Below are positions 35,986 to 45,723 of a stretch of DNA of 64,000 bases, in pieces (the first letter of the stretch is position 1; each line of letters begins with the position of its first letter). The notes below the pieces were generated by a model. That model was not told where the DNA came from. It worked only from the letters and a program-made list of their open reading frames with translations, and ran no database searches. This DNA is from Syntrophales bacterium (GTDB lineage: Bacteria > Desulfobacterota > Syntrophia > Syntrophales > UBA2192): assembly GCA_036725345.1 (NCBI GenBank), contig DAIMEJ010000009.1:66169-130168 (forward strand). The letters run 5' to 3'. The position numbers and the translations under genes were made by a program.

Positions 35986-36517
35986 GTGCTTGATGCTCGG
36001 TTTTTTCTCCGACGAGAGGCCCCCGCGAGGACCCTGCGGTTTAGCGGACTGGCGTCTCAACGGCCTCGTCTCCCGTCTCCTGGCGGCAGGCTGGATTCAT
36101 GGCGCCCTCCATGAAAATGTCATGATCGAGACGGGCGGAAGAATGCCGCCGCCCTGGTTGATCCTCCACGGCCTGGGCCCCCTTCATGAACTCTCCTACG
36201 ACAGGCTCCACCGGGCGGGCGCTCACCTCGCGAGAACCGCCATGGGCATCCGGTGCGGCGATCTCGCCCTGGATATACCGGCGGTCCCGCGGACGGATCT
36301 GGATATCACCCGGATGACGGAAGCCCTGGTCCGGGGGTTCTTCGACACGGCGCTCTCGGGAGCGCCCGACGCTGAAAAATCGCTCTGCCCCTGTATATGG
36401 ACCGAGGAATCCTTCTTCCAGAAGGCGCTCCTCGGCCTCCACAGATACAAACTGAGTGTGCGGGACAGAATCCCCGTGGACATCCTCATCAAACGGAACC
36501 ACCACCCCATGATCTGA
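35939..36517 (+). CDS. Hypothetical protein (pattern reminiscent of the M17 leucyl-aminopeptidase N-terminal domain)
   Basis: ORF 35849..36517. First ATG 35939 overlaps nusB by 47 nt; next ATG is 35993. The sequence (LMLGFFSDERPPRG..GLADWRLNG..SRLL...ILHGLG) loosely follows the PepA N-terminal domain layout. The assignment is weak and the start is uncertain. Confidence 0.45.
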   Translation: MQIKISTEPLDILSPECLMLGFFSDERPPRGPCGLADWRLNGLVSRLLAAGWIHGALHENVMIETGGRMPPPWLILHGLGPLHELSYDRLHRAGAHLARTAMGIRCGDLALDIPAVPRTDLDITRMTEALVRGFFDTALSGAPDAEKSLCPCIWTEESFFQKALLGLHRYKLSVRDRIPVDILIKRNHHPMI

Positions 36518-36553
36518 AGTTCCGCCGCGGTCGGGCGCGGAAAGGTTTCCTCC

Positions 36554-37918
36554 ATGAAAATCATTATCGTTGGCGCCGGAGAGGTCGGGTACAACATCGC
36601 CGACGTCCTGTCCAAGGGGCAGGATGTCACGGTCATCGATCAGGATGAAAAAAGGCTTCAGGAGGTAGCGGAAAAACTCGACGTGCTCACCGTTCACGGA
36701 AAAGGGAGCAGCCCCCAGATCCTGAGAAAAGCGGGACTGGATTCAGCCGACATGGTCATCGCCGTCACGAACAGTGATGACACGAACATGGTGGCCTGCC
36801 TTCTTGCCTCCAGTCAGTCGAATGTCGCCTACAAGGTGGCCCGGATCCGCAATCCCGAACTGGATGCGACATCCGCCATCTTCGACAGGGAGCACCTCAA
36901 CATCGACCTCTGCATCAACCCGGAGCGCGAGGCGGTGAAAAACGCCCTGAATCTCATCGACTATCCCGGCGCCACGGAGATCATCGATTTCGTAGACGGC
37001 CGGGTCAAGCTGATCGGCTTTGTGGTCAACGAGGATTGCCCCGCCGTTGATAACAGCCTGCGGTCCATTCGCATGTTTTATCCGCAGATCAAGGCTCTGG
37101 TCACCTCCATCATCCGCAAGGAAAAACTGATAGAGCCGACGGGCAGCACAAGGATACTCGCGGGCGATTACGTCTTCGCGGTGACCGCCTCGGGCCAGCT
37201 GCGCGAGTTGCTCCAGGTATACGGCAAGAGCAGCGAGGCGCTGAAGCGGATCTTCATCATGGGCGGGGGAAACACGGGTTTCATGCTGGCGGAAGCGCTG
37301 CAAAAGCGCGGACTGCCGACGAAGCTCATCGAAAAGCGTCATGCAAGATGCGAGGATCTCGCCTCCCTGCTGGAGAAGGTGACGGTCCTGCACGGCGACG
37401 GGACGGACCAGGAACTCCTGAAGGAGGAGAACATCCAGGAAACGGACTGTTTCATCGCCGTCACCGACAACGAGGAGGCCAATATCCTCGGGGCCCTCCT
37501 GGCCAAGAGGCTTGGGGCAAAGAAATCCGTCGCCCTGATCAACCGCGTGGAGTACATGCCGCTCATCTCCACCGTCGGCATCGAAGGCGTCATCAACCCG
37601 AGGCACGCGGCCGTCAGCAAAATCCTGAACTACGTCCGCAAGGGGAAGATCGTCTCGGCCACGCCCCTCCACGACGAACGCGTCGAGGCCTACGAGGCCA
37701 TTGCGCTCGAAACAGCGGACATCACCGACCGGCCCATCAAGGACATCAAGTTCCCCCCGGGGACCATCGTCGGGGCGATCATACGAAAGGATGAAATTTT
37801 GATCCCCGACGGTGATTCCGTCATCCGTCCCGACGACCACGTGATCATTTTTACCTTCCGATCGACCGTCCCGAAGCTGGAAAAAATGCTGACCGTCAAG
37901 CTGGACTATTTCGAATGA
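36554..37918 (+). CDS. trkA: Trk system potassium uptake protein TrkA (tandem RCK/NAD-binding)
   Basis: 454-aa ORF with two Rossmann starts (MKIIIVGAGEVG and IFIMGGGNTG), each followed by an RCK_C-like region. Confidence 0.92.
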   Translation: MKIIIVGAGEVGYNIADVLSKGQDVTVIDQDEKRLQEVAEKLDVLTVHGKGSSPQILRKAGLDSADMVIAVTNSDDTNMVACLLASSQSNVAYKVARIRNPELDATSAIFDREHLNIDLCINPEREAVKNALNLIDYPGATEIIDFVDGRVKLIGFVVNEDCPAVDNSLRSIRMFYPQIKALVTSIIRKEKLIEPTGSTRILAGDYVFAVTASGQLRELLQVYGKSSEALKRIFIMGGGNTGFMLAEALQKRGLPTKLIEKRHARCEDLASLLEKVTVLHGDGTDQELLKEENIQETDCFIAVTDNEEANILGALLAKRLGAKKSVALINRVEYMPLISTVGIEGVINPRHAAVSKILNYVRKGKIVSATPLHDERVEAYEAIALETADITDRPIKDIKFPPGTIVGAIIRKDEILIPDGDSVIRPDDHVIIFTFRSTVPKLEKMLTVKLDYFE

Positions 37919-39366
37919 ACCTCAAAAACGTCCTTCACATCCTGGGGCTCTTTCTCTTCTTCCTCGGCCTCACCATGGTCCCCGCCATGGTCATCTCCTT
38001 CTATACGGAAGGCGGGGATCTCCAGTCCCTGGCGGCCTCCTTTTTTATCACCAGCGGCGCGGGCTTTCTTCTCGCGCTCCTCTTCGAGAAGAGCGAGGAG
38101 AGAATCTCCCTCACCCGCCGGGAGGGCTTTCTCATTGCCACCTTGGGCTGGGTTTTCGCGGCGGCCTTCGGGGGGCTGCCTTTCCTGATTCACGGTGCCG
38201 CGCCCACCTTTACCGACTCTTTTTTCGAAACCATGTCGGGTTTCACGACAACGGGCGCTTCCGTCATTTCGGGTCTGGATCACCTCCCGCGGGGTCTTCT
38301 TTTCTGGCGGGCCTTCACCCAGTGGCTGGGCGGGATGGGGATCATCGTCCTTGCCATCGCCGTCCTCCCTGTCCTCGGCGTGGGCGGTATGCAGCTCTAC
38401 AAGGCCGAGTTGCCCAGTCCCGTGAAGGATAAGATTACCCCCAGGGTCGTCGATACGGCCAAACTCCTCTGGGGTGTCTACGTCCTCATCTCCCTGGTGC
38501 AGTTTTTCCTTTTGATGTTCGGAGGGATGAGCGCCTTCGATGCCGCCTGCCACACCTTTGCAACCATGGCCACGGGCGGTTTCGGCAATTACGATGCCAG
38601 CATCAGCCACTTCCAGAGTATCTACATCGAAGGGGTTATCATCTTCTTCATGGCCGTTGCCGGGATGAACTTCGCCCTTCACTACCGCCTCCTCACGGGG
38701 GACGTAAAAAGCTTCCTCAAAGACAGTGAGCTCCACTTCTACCTCATAGTCATTCTTGTAGCCACAGCCATCATCACCGTCGATATTCACCTGAGTCTCT
38801 TCTACTCCCTCGAGAAGGCGCTCCGCGCTTCCCTGTTCCAGGTGGTCTCCATCATGACCACCACGGGGTTTGTCACGGACAACTTCGACAAGTGGCCCCT
38901 TCCCTCCCGGATCATTCTCCTTCTGCTCATGTTCATCGGCGGCTGTGCCGGCTCCACGGGCGGCGCCATCAAGTGCCTGCGGATCCTCCTCATCATCAAG
39001 CATAGCTACCTGGAATTCTACCGCCTCATCCACCCCCACGCCGTAGTGGTGGTTAAACTGGGGAGACATATCGTTCCCGCCGACATCATGGCAAGTATCC
39101 GGAGCTTCTTTTTCCTCTACATATCGACGGCTGTCGCGGCGACCCTTTGCCTGGCCTTCCTGGGGCTCGACCTCATCAGCGCCTTCTCGGCCGTGGCGAC
39201 CACGCTGGGGAACGTCGGCCCGGGTCTCGGCATGGTCAATCCCCTGTCAAACTTCTTCGAGGTCCCCCAGGCGGGCAAGTGGATCCTCTCCTTCTGCATG
39301 CTCCTGGGACGGCTTGAAATCTTTACGGTTCTCGTCCTTCTCATTCCCGATTTCTGGAAAAAATAG
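37915..39366 (+). CDS. trkH: TrkH family potassium transporter
   Basis: 483-aa polytopic membrane ORF with repeated pore-loop motifs (TTTG, GGMG, TGGFG, GSTGGAIK). Start overlaps the trkA stop (ATGA). Confidence 0.92.
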   Translation: MNLKNVLHILGLFLFFLGLTMVPAMVISFYTEGGDLQSLAASFFITSGAGFLLALLFEKSEERISLTRREGFLIATLGWVFAAAFGGLPFLIHGAAPTFTDSFFETMSGFTTTGASVISGLDHLPRGLLFWRAFTQWLGGMGIIVLAIAVLPVLGVGGMQLYKAELPSPVKDKITPRVVDTAKLLWGVYVLISLVQFFLLMFGGMSAFDAACHTFATMATGGFGNYDASISHFQSIYIEGVIIFFMAVAGMNFALHYRLLTGDVKSFLKDSELHFYLIVILVATAIITVDIHLSLFYSLEKALRASLFQVVSIMTTTGFVTDNFDKWPLPSRIILLLLMFIGGCAGSTGGAIKCLRILLIIKHSYLEFYRLIHPHAVVVVKLGRHIVPADIMASIRSFFFLYISTAVAATLCLAFLGLDLISAFSAVATTLGNVGPGLGMVNPLSNFFEVPQAGKWILSFCMLLGRLEIFTVLVLLIPDFWKK

Positions 39367-39427
39367 GATTGAAAGTCCCCTCCGCCTGTGTTAGGGGATT
39401 TTAACCTTCCTTCCGACGGAGAAACCC

Positions 39428-42010
39428 ATGACAAGAAAATATAACCCCCACAACATCGAAGAAAAATGGCAGAAGCGCTGGGAAGCGGACCGGATCTTCA
39501 AGGTCACCGAGGACCCTTCCAGGAAGAAATACTACCTTCTCGAGATGTTCCCCTACCCCTCGGGCAGGATCCACATGGGGCACGTGAGGAATTACACCAT
39601 CGGGGATGTGGTCGCCCGCTACAAGCGGATGAGGGGGTTCAACGTCCTCCATCCCATGGGGTGGGACGCCTTCGGGATGCCGGCGGAAAACGCCGCCATC
39701 GAGCACGGGATCCATCCGGCGGTCTGGACGAACGAGAACATCGACAACATGAAAAAACAGCTCAAGCGGATGGGCTTCAGCTACGACTGGGACCGGGAGC
39801 TCTCCACCTGTGAACCCGCCTATTACAAGTGGGAGCAGCTTTTTTTCCTGTGGATGTACGAGAAGGGACTGGCCTACAAGAAAGGCTCCTCGGTGAACTG
39901 GTGTCCGAGCTGCGCGACGGTGCTCGCCAACGAGCAGGTGGAAGCCGGCCAGTGCTGGCGATGCAGCAGCGTGGTGGAGGAAAAATTCCTCGAGCAGTGG
40001 TTCTTCCGCATCACGGCCTACGTGGACGAGCTTTTGGAATACTGCGACAGGCTTCCCGGCTGGCCGGAGCGTGTCATCACCATGCAGAAAAACTGGATTG
40101 GCAGGAGCACCGGCGTCGAGATCACCTTCCCCATGGCGGACGGCAAGGGCGACATCAAGGTCTTCACGACGAGGCAGGACACCATCTACGGCGCCACCTT
40201 CATGCTCATCGCCGCCGAGCACCCGCTCGTCATGGAACTCGCCAGGGGCAAAGCCATCGAGAAGGACGTCGTGGCATACGTCGAGAGGGTCAAGAAACAG
40301 GACAAGCTCATGCGGACCTCCGACTACTACGAGAAGGAGGGCATCTTCCTGGAAAGTTACTGCCTGAACCCCGTGACAGAGAAGAAGATGCCCATTTACG
40401 CCGCCAACTTCGTCCTGGCCGACTACGGGACGGGGTGCGTCATGGCCGTGCCGACCCATGACCAGCGCGATTTCGAGTTTGCCGAGAAATACCGCCTCCC
40501 CATGATCGTCGTCATCCAGAACCCGAAGGCCCCCCTCGACGCCAACGGGATGGCCGAAGCCTACGTGGAGGAGGGCATCCTGGTCAACTCAGGCCCCTTC
40601 AACGGCATGAAGAACACGGAGGCGATGGACGCCATCGCCAGGCATCTCGAATCCGTCGGCCGCGGGAAGCCCACTGTCCAGTTCCGCCTCCGCGACTGGG
40701 GCATCTCGCGGCAGAGATACTGGGGTGCCCCCATCCCGGTCATCTACTGCGACAAGTGCGGTGTCGTGCCCGTGCCGGAAGCGGATCTGCCCGTGGTCCT
40801 TCCCCACGACGTGGAAATCAAGGGAGAGGGGGGCTCCTCCCTGGAAAGGCACGGAGCCTTCGTGAACACAACGTGCCCGCAGTGCAAGGGAAAAGCCCGG
40901 CGCGACACGGACACGATGGACACCTTTGTGGAGTCCTCCTGGTATTTCGACCGTTTCTGCTGCCCCGATCACGACGTGAAGCCGGGGCTCGACCGGAAGC
41001 GGACGGATTACTGGCTCCCCGTGGACCAGTACATCGGGGGCATCGAACATGCCATTCTCCACCTGCTCTATTCCCGGTTCTACACGCGCGTGCTCCGCGA
41101 TTTCGGCGTCCTGGGTATCTCAGAGCCCTTCACGAATCTCCTGACCCAGGGCATGGTCTGCAAGGAGACCACTCGCTGCGCCGAGCACGGTTACCTCTAC
41201 CCCGACGAAGTCCGGGAGGGCCGCTGCACGCGTTGCGAAAAACAGGTCATTGTCGGAAAAACGGAGAAGATGTCCAAGTCCCTGAAAAACGTCGTCGACC
41301 CCGATTATCTCATCGAGAAATACGGGGCCGACACGGCGAGGGCCTTCTGCCTCTTCGCCTCGCCGCCGGAGAAAGACCTGGAGTGGAGTGACCAGGGCGT
41401 GGAAGGGTCCTTCCGGTTCCTGGGCCGGGTATGGCGAATCGTGACGGAATACCTGGAGGACATCCGGACCGTCGAGAAATTCAGCGGCCAGGCCGAGCTG
41501 GACGGGGAACTCAAAAAGCTCCGCCGTAAAACGCATCAAACGATCAAGAAAGTCACAAGCGACATCGAGGACCGTTTCCACTTCAACACGGCCATCAGCG
41601 CCATCATGGAACTCGTCAATACCCTCTACGGCATCCAGCGGCCCAACAGGGACAATCGCCTTGCCCTTTCCGTTGTCAAAGAATCTCTCGAGACGACGGT
41701 CACCCTCCTGTCGCCCATCGTGCCCCACATTGCCGACGAACTGTGGGAGATGATGGATCACAAGGAGTGCCTCTTTACCATCTCCTGGCCGACCTTCGAG
41801 GCGGCCATCGCCGCCGAGGAGGAGATCACCATCGTCGTGCAGGTGAACGGCAAAGTACGAGGGCGGATCACCGTCAGCGCCGACGAATCCGACGGCAAGA
41901 TCAAGGAACTCGCCCTCGCAGAGGAGCGGGCCGCAAAGTTCATCGAAGGCAAGCAGGTGGAGAAGGTCGTTTATGTGCCGAGGAAGCTAGTGAATATTGT
42001 CGTAAAATAA
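39428..42010 (+). CDS. leuS: Leucyl-tRNA synthetase
   Basis: 860-aa ORF with HMGHVRNY (HIGH) and KMSKSLKN (KMSKS) motifs and a CP1 editing insertion. Confidence 0.97.
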   Translation: MTRKYNPHNIEEKWQKRWEADRIFKVTEDPSRKKYYLLEMFPYPSGRIHMGHVRNYTIGDVVARYKRMRGFNVLHPMGWDAFGMPAENAAIEHGIHPAVWTNENIDNMKKQLKRMGFSYDWDRELSTCEPAYYKWEQLFFLWMYEKGLAYKKGSSVNWCPSCATVLANEQVEAGQCWRCSSVVEEKFLEQWFFRITAYVDELLEYCDRLPGWPERVITMQKNWIGRSTGVEITFPMADGKGDIKVFTTRQDTIYGATFMLIAAEHPLVMELARGKAIEKDVVAYVERVKKQDKLMRTSDYYEKEGIFLESYCLNPVTEKKMPIYAANFVLADYGTGCVMAVPTHDQRDFEFAEKYRLPMIVVIQNPKAPLDANGMAEAYVEEGILVNSGPFNGMKNTEAMDAIARHLESVGRGKPTVQFRLRDWGISRQRYWGAPIPVIYCDKCGVVPVPEADLPVVLPHDVEIKGEGGSSLERHGAFVNTTCPQCKGKARRDTDTMDTFVESSWYFDRFCCPDHDVKPGLDRKRTDYWLPVDQYIGGIEHAILHLLYSRFYTRVLRDFGVLGISEPFTNLLTQGMVCKETTRCAEHGYLYPDEVREGRCTRCEKQVIVGKTEKMSKSLKNVVDPDYLIEKYGADTARAFCLFASPPEKDLEWSDQGVEGSFRFLGRVWRIVTEYLEDIRTVEKFSGQAELDGELKKLRRKTHQTIKKVTSDIEDRFHFNTAISAIMELVNTLYGIQRPNRDNRLALSVVKESLETTVTLLSPIVPHIADELWEMMDHKECLFTISWPTFEAAIAAEEEITIVVQVNGKVRGRITVSADESDGKIKELALAEERAAKFIEGKQVEKVVYVPRKLVNIVVK

Positions 42011-42014
42011 GACT

Positions 42015-42056
42015 CAAGGCGCAAGGCAAAGGGCAAAGGGCAAAAGGCAAAAAGAA
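42015..42056 (+). repeat. Degenerate tandem heptamer array filling the leuS-lptE spacer
   Basis: caaggcg|caaggca|aagggca|aagggca|aaaggca|aaaagaa, followed directly by the ATG at 42057. Confidence 0.75.
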
Positions 42057-42608
42057 ATGACAGTCAAGTCGGATTTCAAAAAGGCGGCGGGATATTTGCT
42101 GTTTCTCGCCGTCTTTTGCGCCATGTTCCTGGCAGGGGGGTGCGGATACCACTTCTCCCAGGGCGGGGAGCATATCGCCGCGGATATCCGCCGGGTTTAC
42201 GTGGACAACTTCACCAACGAAACCAGCGAAGCCTACGTGGAAAATTACATTCGAAACGGGTTCATCGAGCAATTTCGCAGGTCGACCCGCTTCCGAATCA
42301 CCGACGGGAAAGAAACGGCTGATGCCGTACTGACGGGCAGCATCAAGAATATACGAATGACGCCTCTGGCCTCCGACCAATTCGACAAGGCCACGGTCAC
42401 CCGCGTCTGGATGGTTGTCGGGATTCAATTTAAAGAGAGGCAGGGCGGGAAAACAATCTATGTCAACCCCAATTTGACGGGCGACCAATCTTATTCGGTG
42501 GACCCCTCGGACACCAACAGGACCTCGATCAATAAATCGGCGGCCCTCCAGAAACTCTCCTTCGACCTCGCGGAAAAGGGTTACGGGCTGATCCTGTCGG
42601 GTTTTTAG
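42057..42608 (+). CDS. lptE: LPS-assembly lipoprotein LptE-like
   Basis: 183-aa ORF with lipobox FLAGGC. leuS-lptE synteny is conserved in Proteobacteria. Sequence-level identification is weak. Confidence 0.6.
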   Translation: MTVKSDFKKAAGYLLFLAVFCAMFLAGGCGYHFSQGGEHIAADIRRVYVDNFTNETSEAYVENYIRNGFIEQFRRSTRFRITDGKETADAVLTGSIKNIRMTPLASDQFDKATVTRVWMVVGIQFKERQGGKTIYVNPNLTGDQSYSVDPSDTNRTSINKSAALQKLSFDLAEKGYGLILSGF

Positions 42609-42868
42609 CCCAGTGGATTGACCTTTCGGGTCAGTCTCGATATCTTCCTGGACGCCGTGTTCTTGTGCAGTACGCCCTTTGAAGCCGCTTTGTCGATGAC
42701 GACGATGGCTTCGGCCAGGGATTTCCGGGCGTCATCATTCTTCTTACCCTCCACTGCGCCGAGTACATCCTTCACCCGGGTCTTTACGCCGGACTTCACG
42801 GCCGCGTTTCTCTGCCGTCTCTTTTTGTTCTGCCGCGCCCTTTTTTCCGCAGACTTGTGTGTTGCCAA
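42605..42868 (-). CDS. rpsT: 30S ribosomal protein S20
   Basis: 87-aa ORF MATHKSAEKRARQNKKRRQRN..., the canonical S20 N-terminus. Its 3' end overlaps the lptE stop by 4 nt (convergent). Confidence 0.96.
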   Translation of the reverse strand: MATHKSAEKRARQNKKRRQRNAAVKSGVKTRVKDVLGAVEGKKNDDARKSLAEAIVVIDKAASKGVLHKNTASRKISRLTRKVNPLG

Positions 42869-42909
42869 AAAAGTCCCTCCCTACAACAGTTTGGTGACGA
42901 GTCGGTTCA

Positions 42910-42936
42910 TTTATATCACTTTGAAAACCCTGTCAA
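42910..42936 (-). promoter_or_regulatory. Candidate rpsT promoter
   Basis: Minus strand: TTGACA (42936-42931), 15 nt, TATAAA (42915-42910). The spacer is shorter than optimal. Confidence 0.35.
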
Positions 42937-42959
42937 GCACTAAAAGGCCGACGAAGCGC

Positions 42960-43700
42960 TCATCCGTCGAGAGCCCTGTAAACCGTGAAAAGGCCCAGGC
43001 ACCCGAGGAATATCAGGACGATACGGCGGTAGCCCTCTTCCCGGACCATGCCGTAAAAATGAGAGCCCACGAGCGTTCCGACGACGACGGCAGGCAGGGA
43101 CAGGACGAAGAGTTTGATCACCGTCCCCGTGGTCAGCCCGTTGGCGGCCTGAACAAATACAACGATGAGACCGGATGCGAGGAAATAGCCCTGAAGCGTG
43201 ACCTTGATCTGGTCCTTCGTCCAGGGCTGGAGAGAGGTGTAGATGATGACGGGCGGTCCTGAAGCGCTCAGTGCCCCGCCCAGACATCCGGCCAGAAAAC
43301 CGTAGAGGTAGGCCCACCGTTCGCGGATGCCCTGTGGGGGTATCCTGAAGATGAGGCCGTAGAGGGCGTAACCGATGAGCACGGCACCGAGGACGAACTG
43401 GATCAGGGCCGTGTCCAGGTGCTTTAGAAGAAAAACCCCCACGGGAACACCGAAGACCGTCCCCGCGAGCAGCGGGTAGACTCTTCGCCACTCCAGGTGC
43501 TGCCTCAACTGGATGAGCAACTGGATTGTAAGGGCAAGGGCAACAAGGGCCACCAGGGGGATGGCTGTCCTGACATCCAGAAAAAGGATGAGAAGCGGCA
43601 GGGACAGGAGGACCGATCCAAAACCGCTCAATCCCTGGATGAAGCCCGCCAGAAAGGTCACGGCCAGAAGAAGAGCATATGTCGTCATCTCCGCCGTCAT
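42960..43700 (-). CDS. TauE/SafE family sulfite/anion exporter-like membrane protein
   Basis: 246-aa ORF with 7-8 hydrophobic helices and an N-terminal FLAGFIQGLSGFG motif typical of TauE/SafE (DUF81). Confidence 0.8.
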   Translation of the reverse strand: MTAEMTTYALLLAVTFLAGFIQGLSGFGSVLLSLPLLILFLDVRTAIPLVALVALALTIQLLIQLRQHLEWRRVYPLLAGTVFGVPVGVFLLKHLDTALIQFVLGAVLIGYALYGLIFRIPPQGIRERWAYLYGFLAGCLGGALSASGPPVIIYTSLQPWTKDQIKVTLQGYFLASGLIVVFVQAANGLTTGTVIKLFVLSLPAVVVGTLVGSHFYGMVREEGYRRIVLIFLGCLGLFTVYRALDG

Positions 43701-43990
43701 GAGGCAGACTCTCTACGTAACCGTTGCGCGCCCATCCCCTCTAACAGAACCCCTTTCTCATCTTTTTCGTCATCCCCTGCCGCCGGCAGGCAGGCCTTCG
43801 CAGTATGCCGAAAAAGGCGGTGACTTGCAGGACGGCCCTCCGCCGCGCGCAAGCGACAGAATTTTTACTTTCGCGGTGGAATTCGGGACCAAAATTTACT
43901 AGGATCCAGGGCCATCCTGGTTTCAACAGAAAGGGCCGGGAGGGTCACGACACCCCTCGCCTTTCTGTCATCGATGGAGCGTGTTTTTCC

Positions 43991-44551
43991 ATGGCGGGAG
44001 AGCCCCTTTTTTTTGACATGACGGATTCCCCCTTCGGGCGGGTGGGCCTCGCCTGGACGGTAAGAAACGGCGTGTTCAGGATCCTGAGAGTGTTTCTGCC
44101 GACCCGGGACGTCCCCATGGCGGATCACATCCGCCGGAATCTCCCGGGATCAAAACGACAATCCTCGGAGGCCTCGGGGTTGATCCTCGAAGGTATCCGC
44201 CGCATGCTCCGGGGACGGGTCTTCGAATACAATCTCTCCGTTCTCGACCTCGAGTCGTGCACGGACTTCCAGCAGCGCGTTCTTCTGGAGGATCGGAAGA
44301 TCCCTCGAGGCAGGGCGAGCACCTACGGGAAAATCGCCGAGCGCGTGGGTCAACCGAAAGGCGCGAGGGCCGTCGGATCGGCCCTTGCCGCGAACCCCTT
44401 TCCGCTGCTCATCCCCTGCCACCGGGTCGTGAGATCAAACGGCGACCTAGGGGGATTCCAGAGCGGGCCGCAGATGAAAAAAGCCCTCCTCGAGATGGAG
44501 GGCGTGCGATTCGACCCGGCGGGGCGTGTGGAGCCGTCCTTACTCTGGTAG
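43991..44551 (+). CDS. ogt: Methylated-DNA--protein-cysteine methyltransferase
   Basis: ORF 43805..44551 trimmed to MAGEPLFFDM... (186 aa). Active-site IPCHRVV and the preceding helix-turn-helix YGKIAERVG..KGARAVG are present. Confidence 0.9.
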   Translation: MAGEPLFFDMTDSPFGRVGLAWTVRNGVFRILRVFLPTRDVPMADHIRRNLPGSKRQSSEASGLILEGIRRMLRGRVFEYNLSVLDLESCTDFQQRVLLEDRKIPRGRASTYGKIAERVGQPKGARAVGSALAANPFPLLIPCHRVVRSNGDLGGFQSGPQMKKALLEMEGVRFDPAGRVEPSLLW

Positions 44552-44577
44552 GCGAAAAGAAATGCCCCTTTGTCTTT

Positions 44578-45723
44578 TCAGGCCTTCCTGCTCGCCTTCG
44601 CCACGGCCATGTTGTCGCGATGAATCACCTCGTCGTAGTCCTTGAAACCGAGGACCTGCATAATCTTGCCGGTCTTCAATCCCTGGATCTTGACGAGGTC
44701 CTTTGAATTGTAATTCACCAGCCCCTTCGCAAAGACCTTGCCGTCGGTCCCGATGCAGATGACGGGGTCGCCCACATCGAAGTCTCCCTCCACTTTCGTG
44801 ATCCCCGAGGGAAGCAGGCTCTTCCCCTGGCTGACGATGGCTTTCTTCGCTCCGTCATCCAGGAAGAGTTTCCCCCGTGACCGCAGCGTGAAGGCAATCC
44901 AGTACTCCCGGCTGGTCATGGGCTCCGCCGAAGGCAGAAAGAGGGTGCCCTTTTCCTTCCCCGCGAAGAGATCCGCAAGGATCCCCTTCGACTTTCCTCT
45001 CGCGATGATGTAGGGAATCCCGCAGGCTGTGACCTTCCGGGCGGCGATGACCTTGCTGCGCATGCCGCCCATTCCCACGGGATCGGCCTCCGCCGTCGCC
45101 ATGGATTCTATCTCGTCGGTGATCTCGGGCACGAGCTTGATGAGCCTGGCGCGCTGCTTTCCCGTGGGATTCCGATCGTAAAGTCCTTCCGTGTTGGTGA
45201 GGTTGATGAGAATGTCCGCCCGGATGACGTTGGCGACCATGGCCGCGAGGTGATCGTTGTCGCCGAACTTGATCTCGGCAGCGGAGACTGTGTCGTTTTC
45301 ATTGATGATGGGAACGACGTTCCAGTCCATCAGCGTCGAGAGCGTGTTGCGGACGTTGATGTACCGCGCCCGGTCCGTCAGGTCACTCATGGTGAGGAGG
45401 ATCTGAGCCACGTACACACTGTGCTTGCCGAAGGCGTTGGAGTAGATGCGCATCAGCCTCCCCTGACCGATGGCGGCGCAGGCCTGTTTCTGCGGCATGC
45501 TGTTGAGCTTGCCCGTGATGCCCATCCGGTGCTTGCCCGAGGCGATGGCCCCGGAGGTGACGATCACGATCTGCATGCCCCCGGACCGCAGTTTCACGAT
45601 CTCGTCGACGAGCTGCTCCACAATCCCGAGGTCCACGCCGTCGGCCCCGGCCAGGACGCCGGTGCCGATCTTGATCAGGGCCCGCTTCACATTGGATACG
45701 GTTTGTTTTCTCGCCTGGCTCAT
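44578..45723 (-). CDS. proB: Glutamate 5-kinase (with PUA domain)
   Basis: 381-aa ORF with an amino-acid kinase fold (IKIGTGVL, VTSGAIA) and a C-terminal PUA segment. Its start overlaps the obg stop by 4 nt. obg-proB synteny. Confidence 0.94.
   Translation of the reverse strand: MSQARKQTVSNVKRALIKIGTGVLAGADGVDLGIVEQLVDEIVKLRSGGMQIVIVTSGAIASGKHRMGITGKLNSMPQKQACAAIGQGRLMRIYSNAFGKHSVYVAQILLTMSDLTDRARYINVRNTLSTLMDWNVVPIINENDTVSAAEIKFGDNDHLAAMVANVIRADILINLTNTEGLYDRNPTGKQRARLIKLVPEITDEIESMATAEADPVGMGGMRSKVIAARKVTACGIPYIIARGKSKGILADLFAGKEKGTLFLPSAEPMTSREYWIAFTLRSRGKLFLDDGAKKAIVSQGKSLLPSGITKVEGDFDVGDPVICIGTDGKVFAKGLVNYNSKDLVKIQGLKTGKIMQVLGFKDYDEVIHRDNMAVAKASRKA

Noticed and set aside
39367-39427. 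T-box or other leader upstream of leuS (and similarly upstream of gltX, 25870-26092 on the minus strand).
   Set aside because: The leuS spacer is only 61 nt, too short for a T-box. The gltX upstream region has no visible specifier hairpin or T-box sequence (AGGGTGGTACCGCG-like).
43701-43990. 290-nt divergent intergenic region between the TauE-family gene and ogt, examined as a possible riboswitch or sRNA locus. An in-frame 62-aa upstream extension of ogt from 43805 was also examined.
   Set aside because: I recognised no conserved aptamer motifs, only short local palindromes (ccaggatggccctgg-like). The ogt extension is Arg-rich with no family similarity. The region is most simply two divergent promoter/leader regions.
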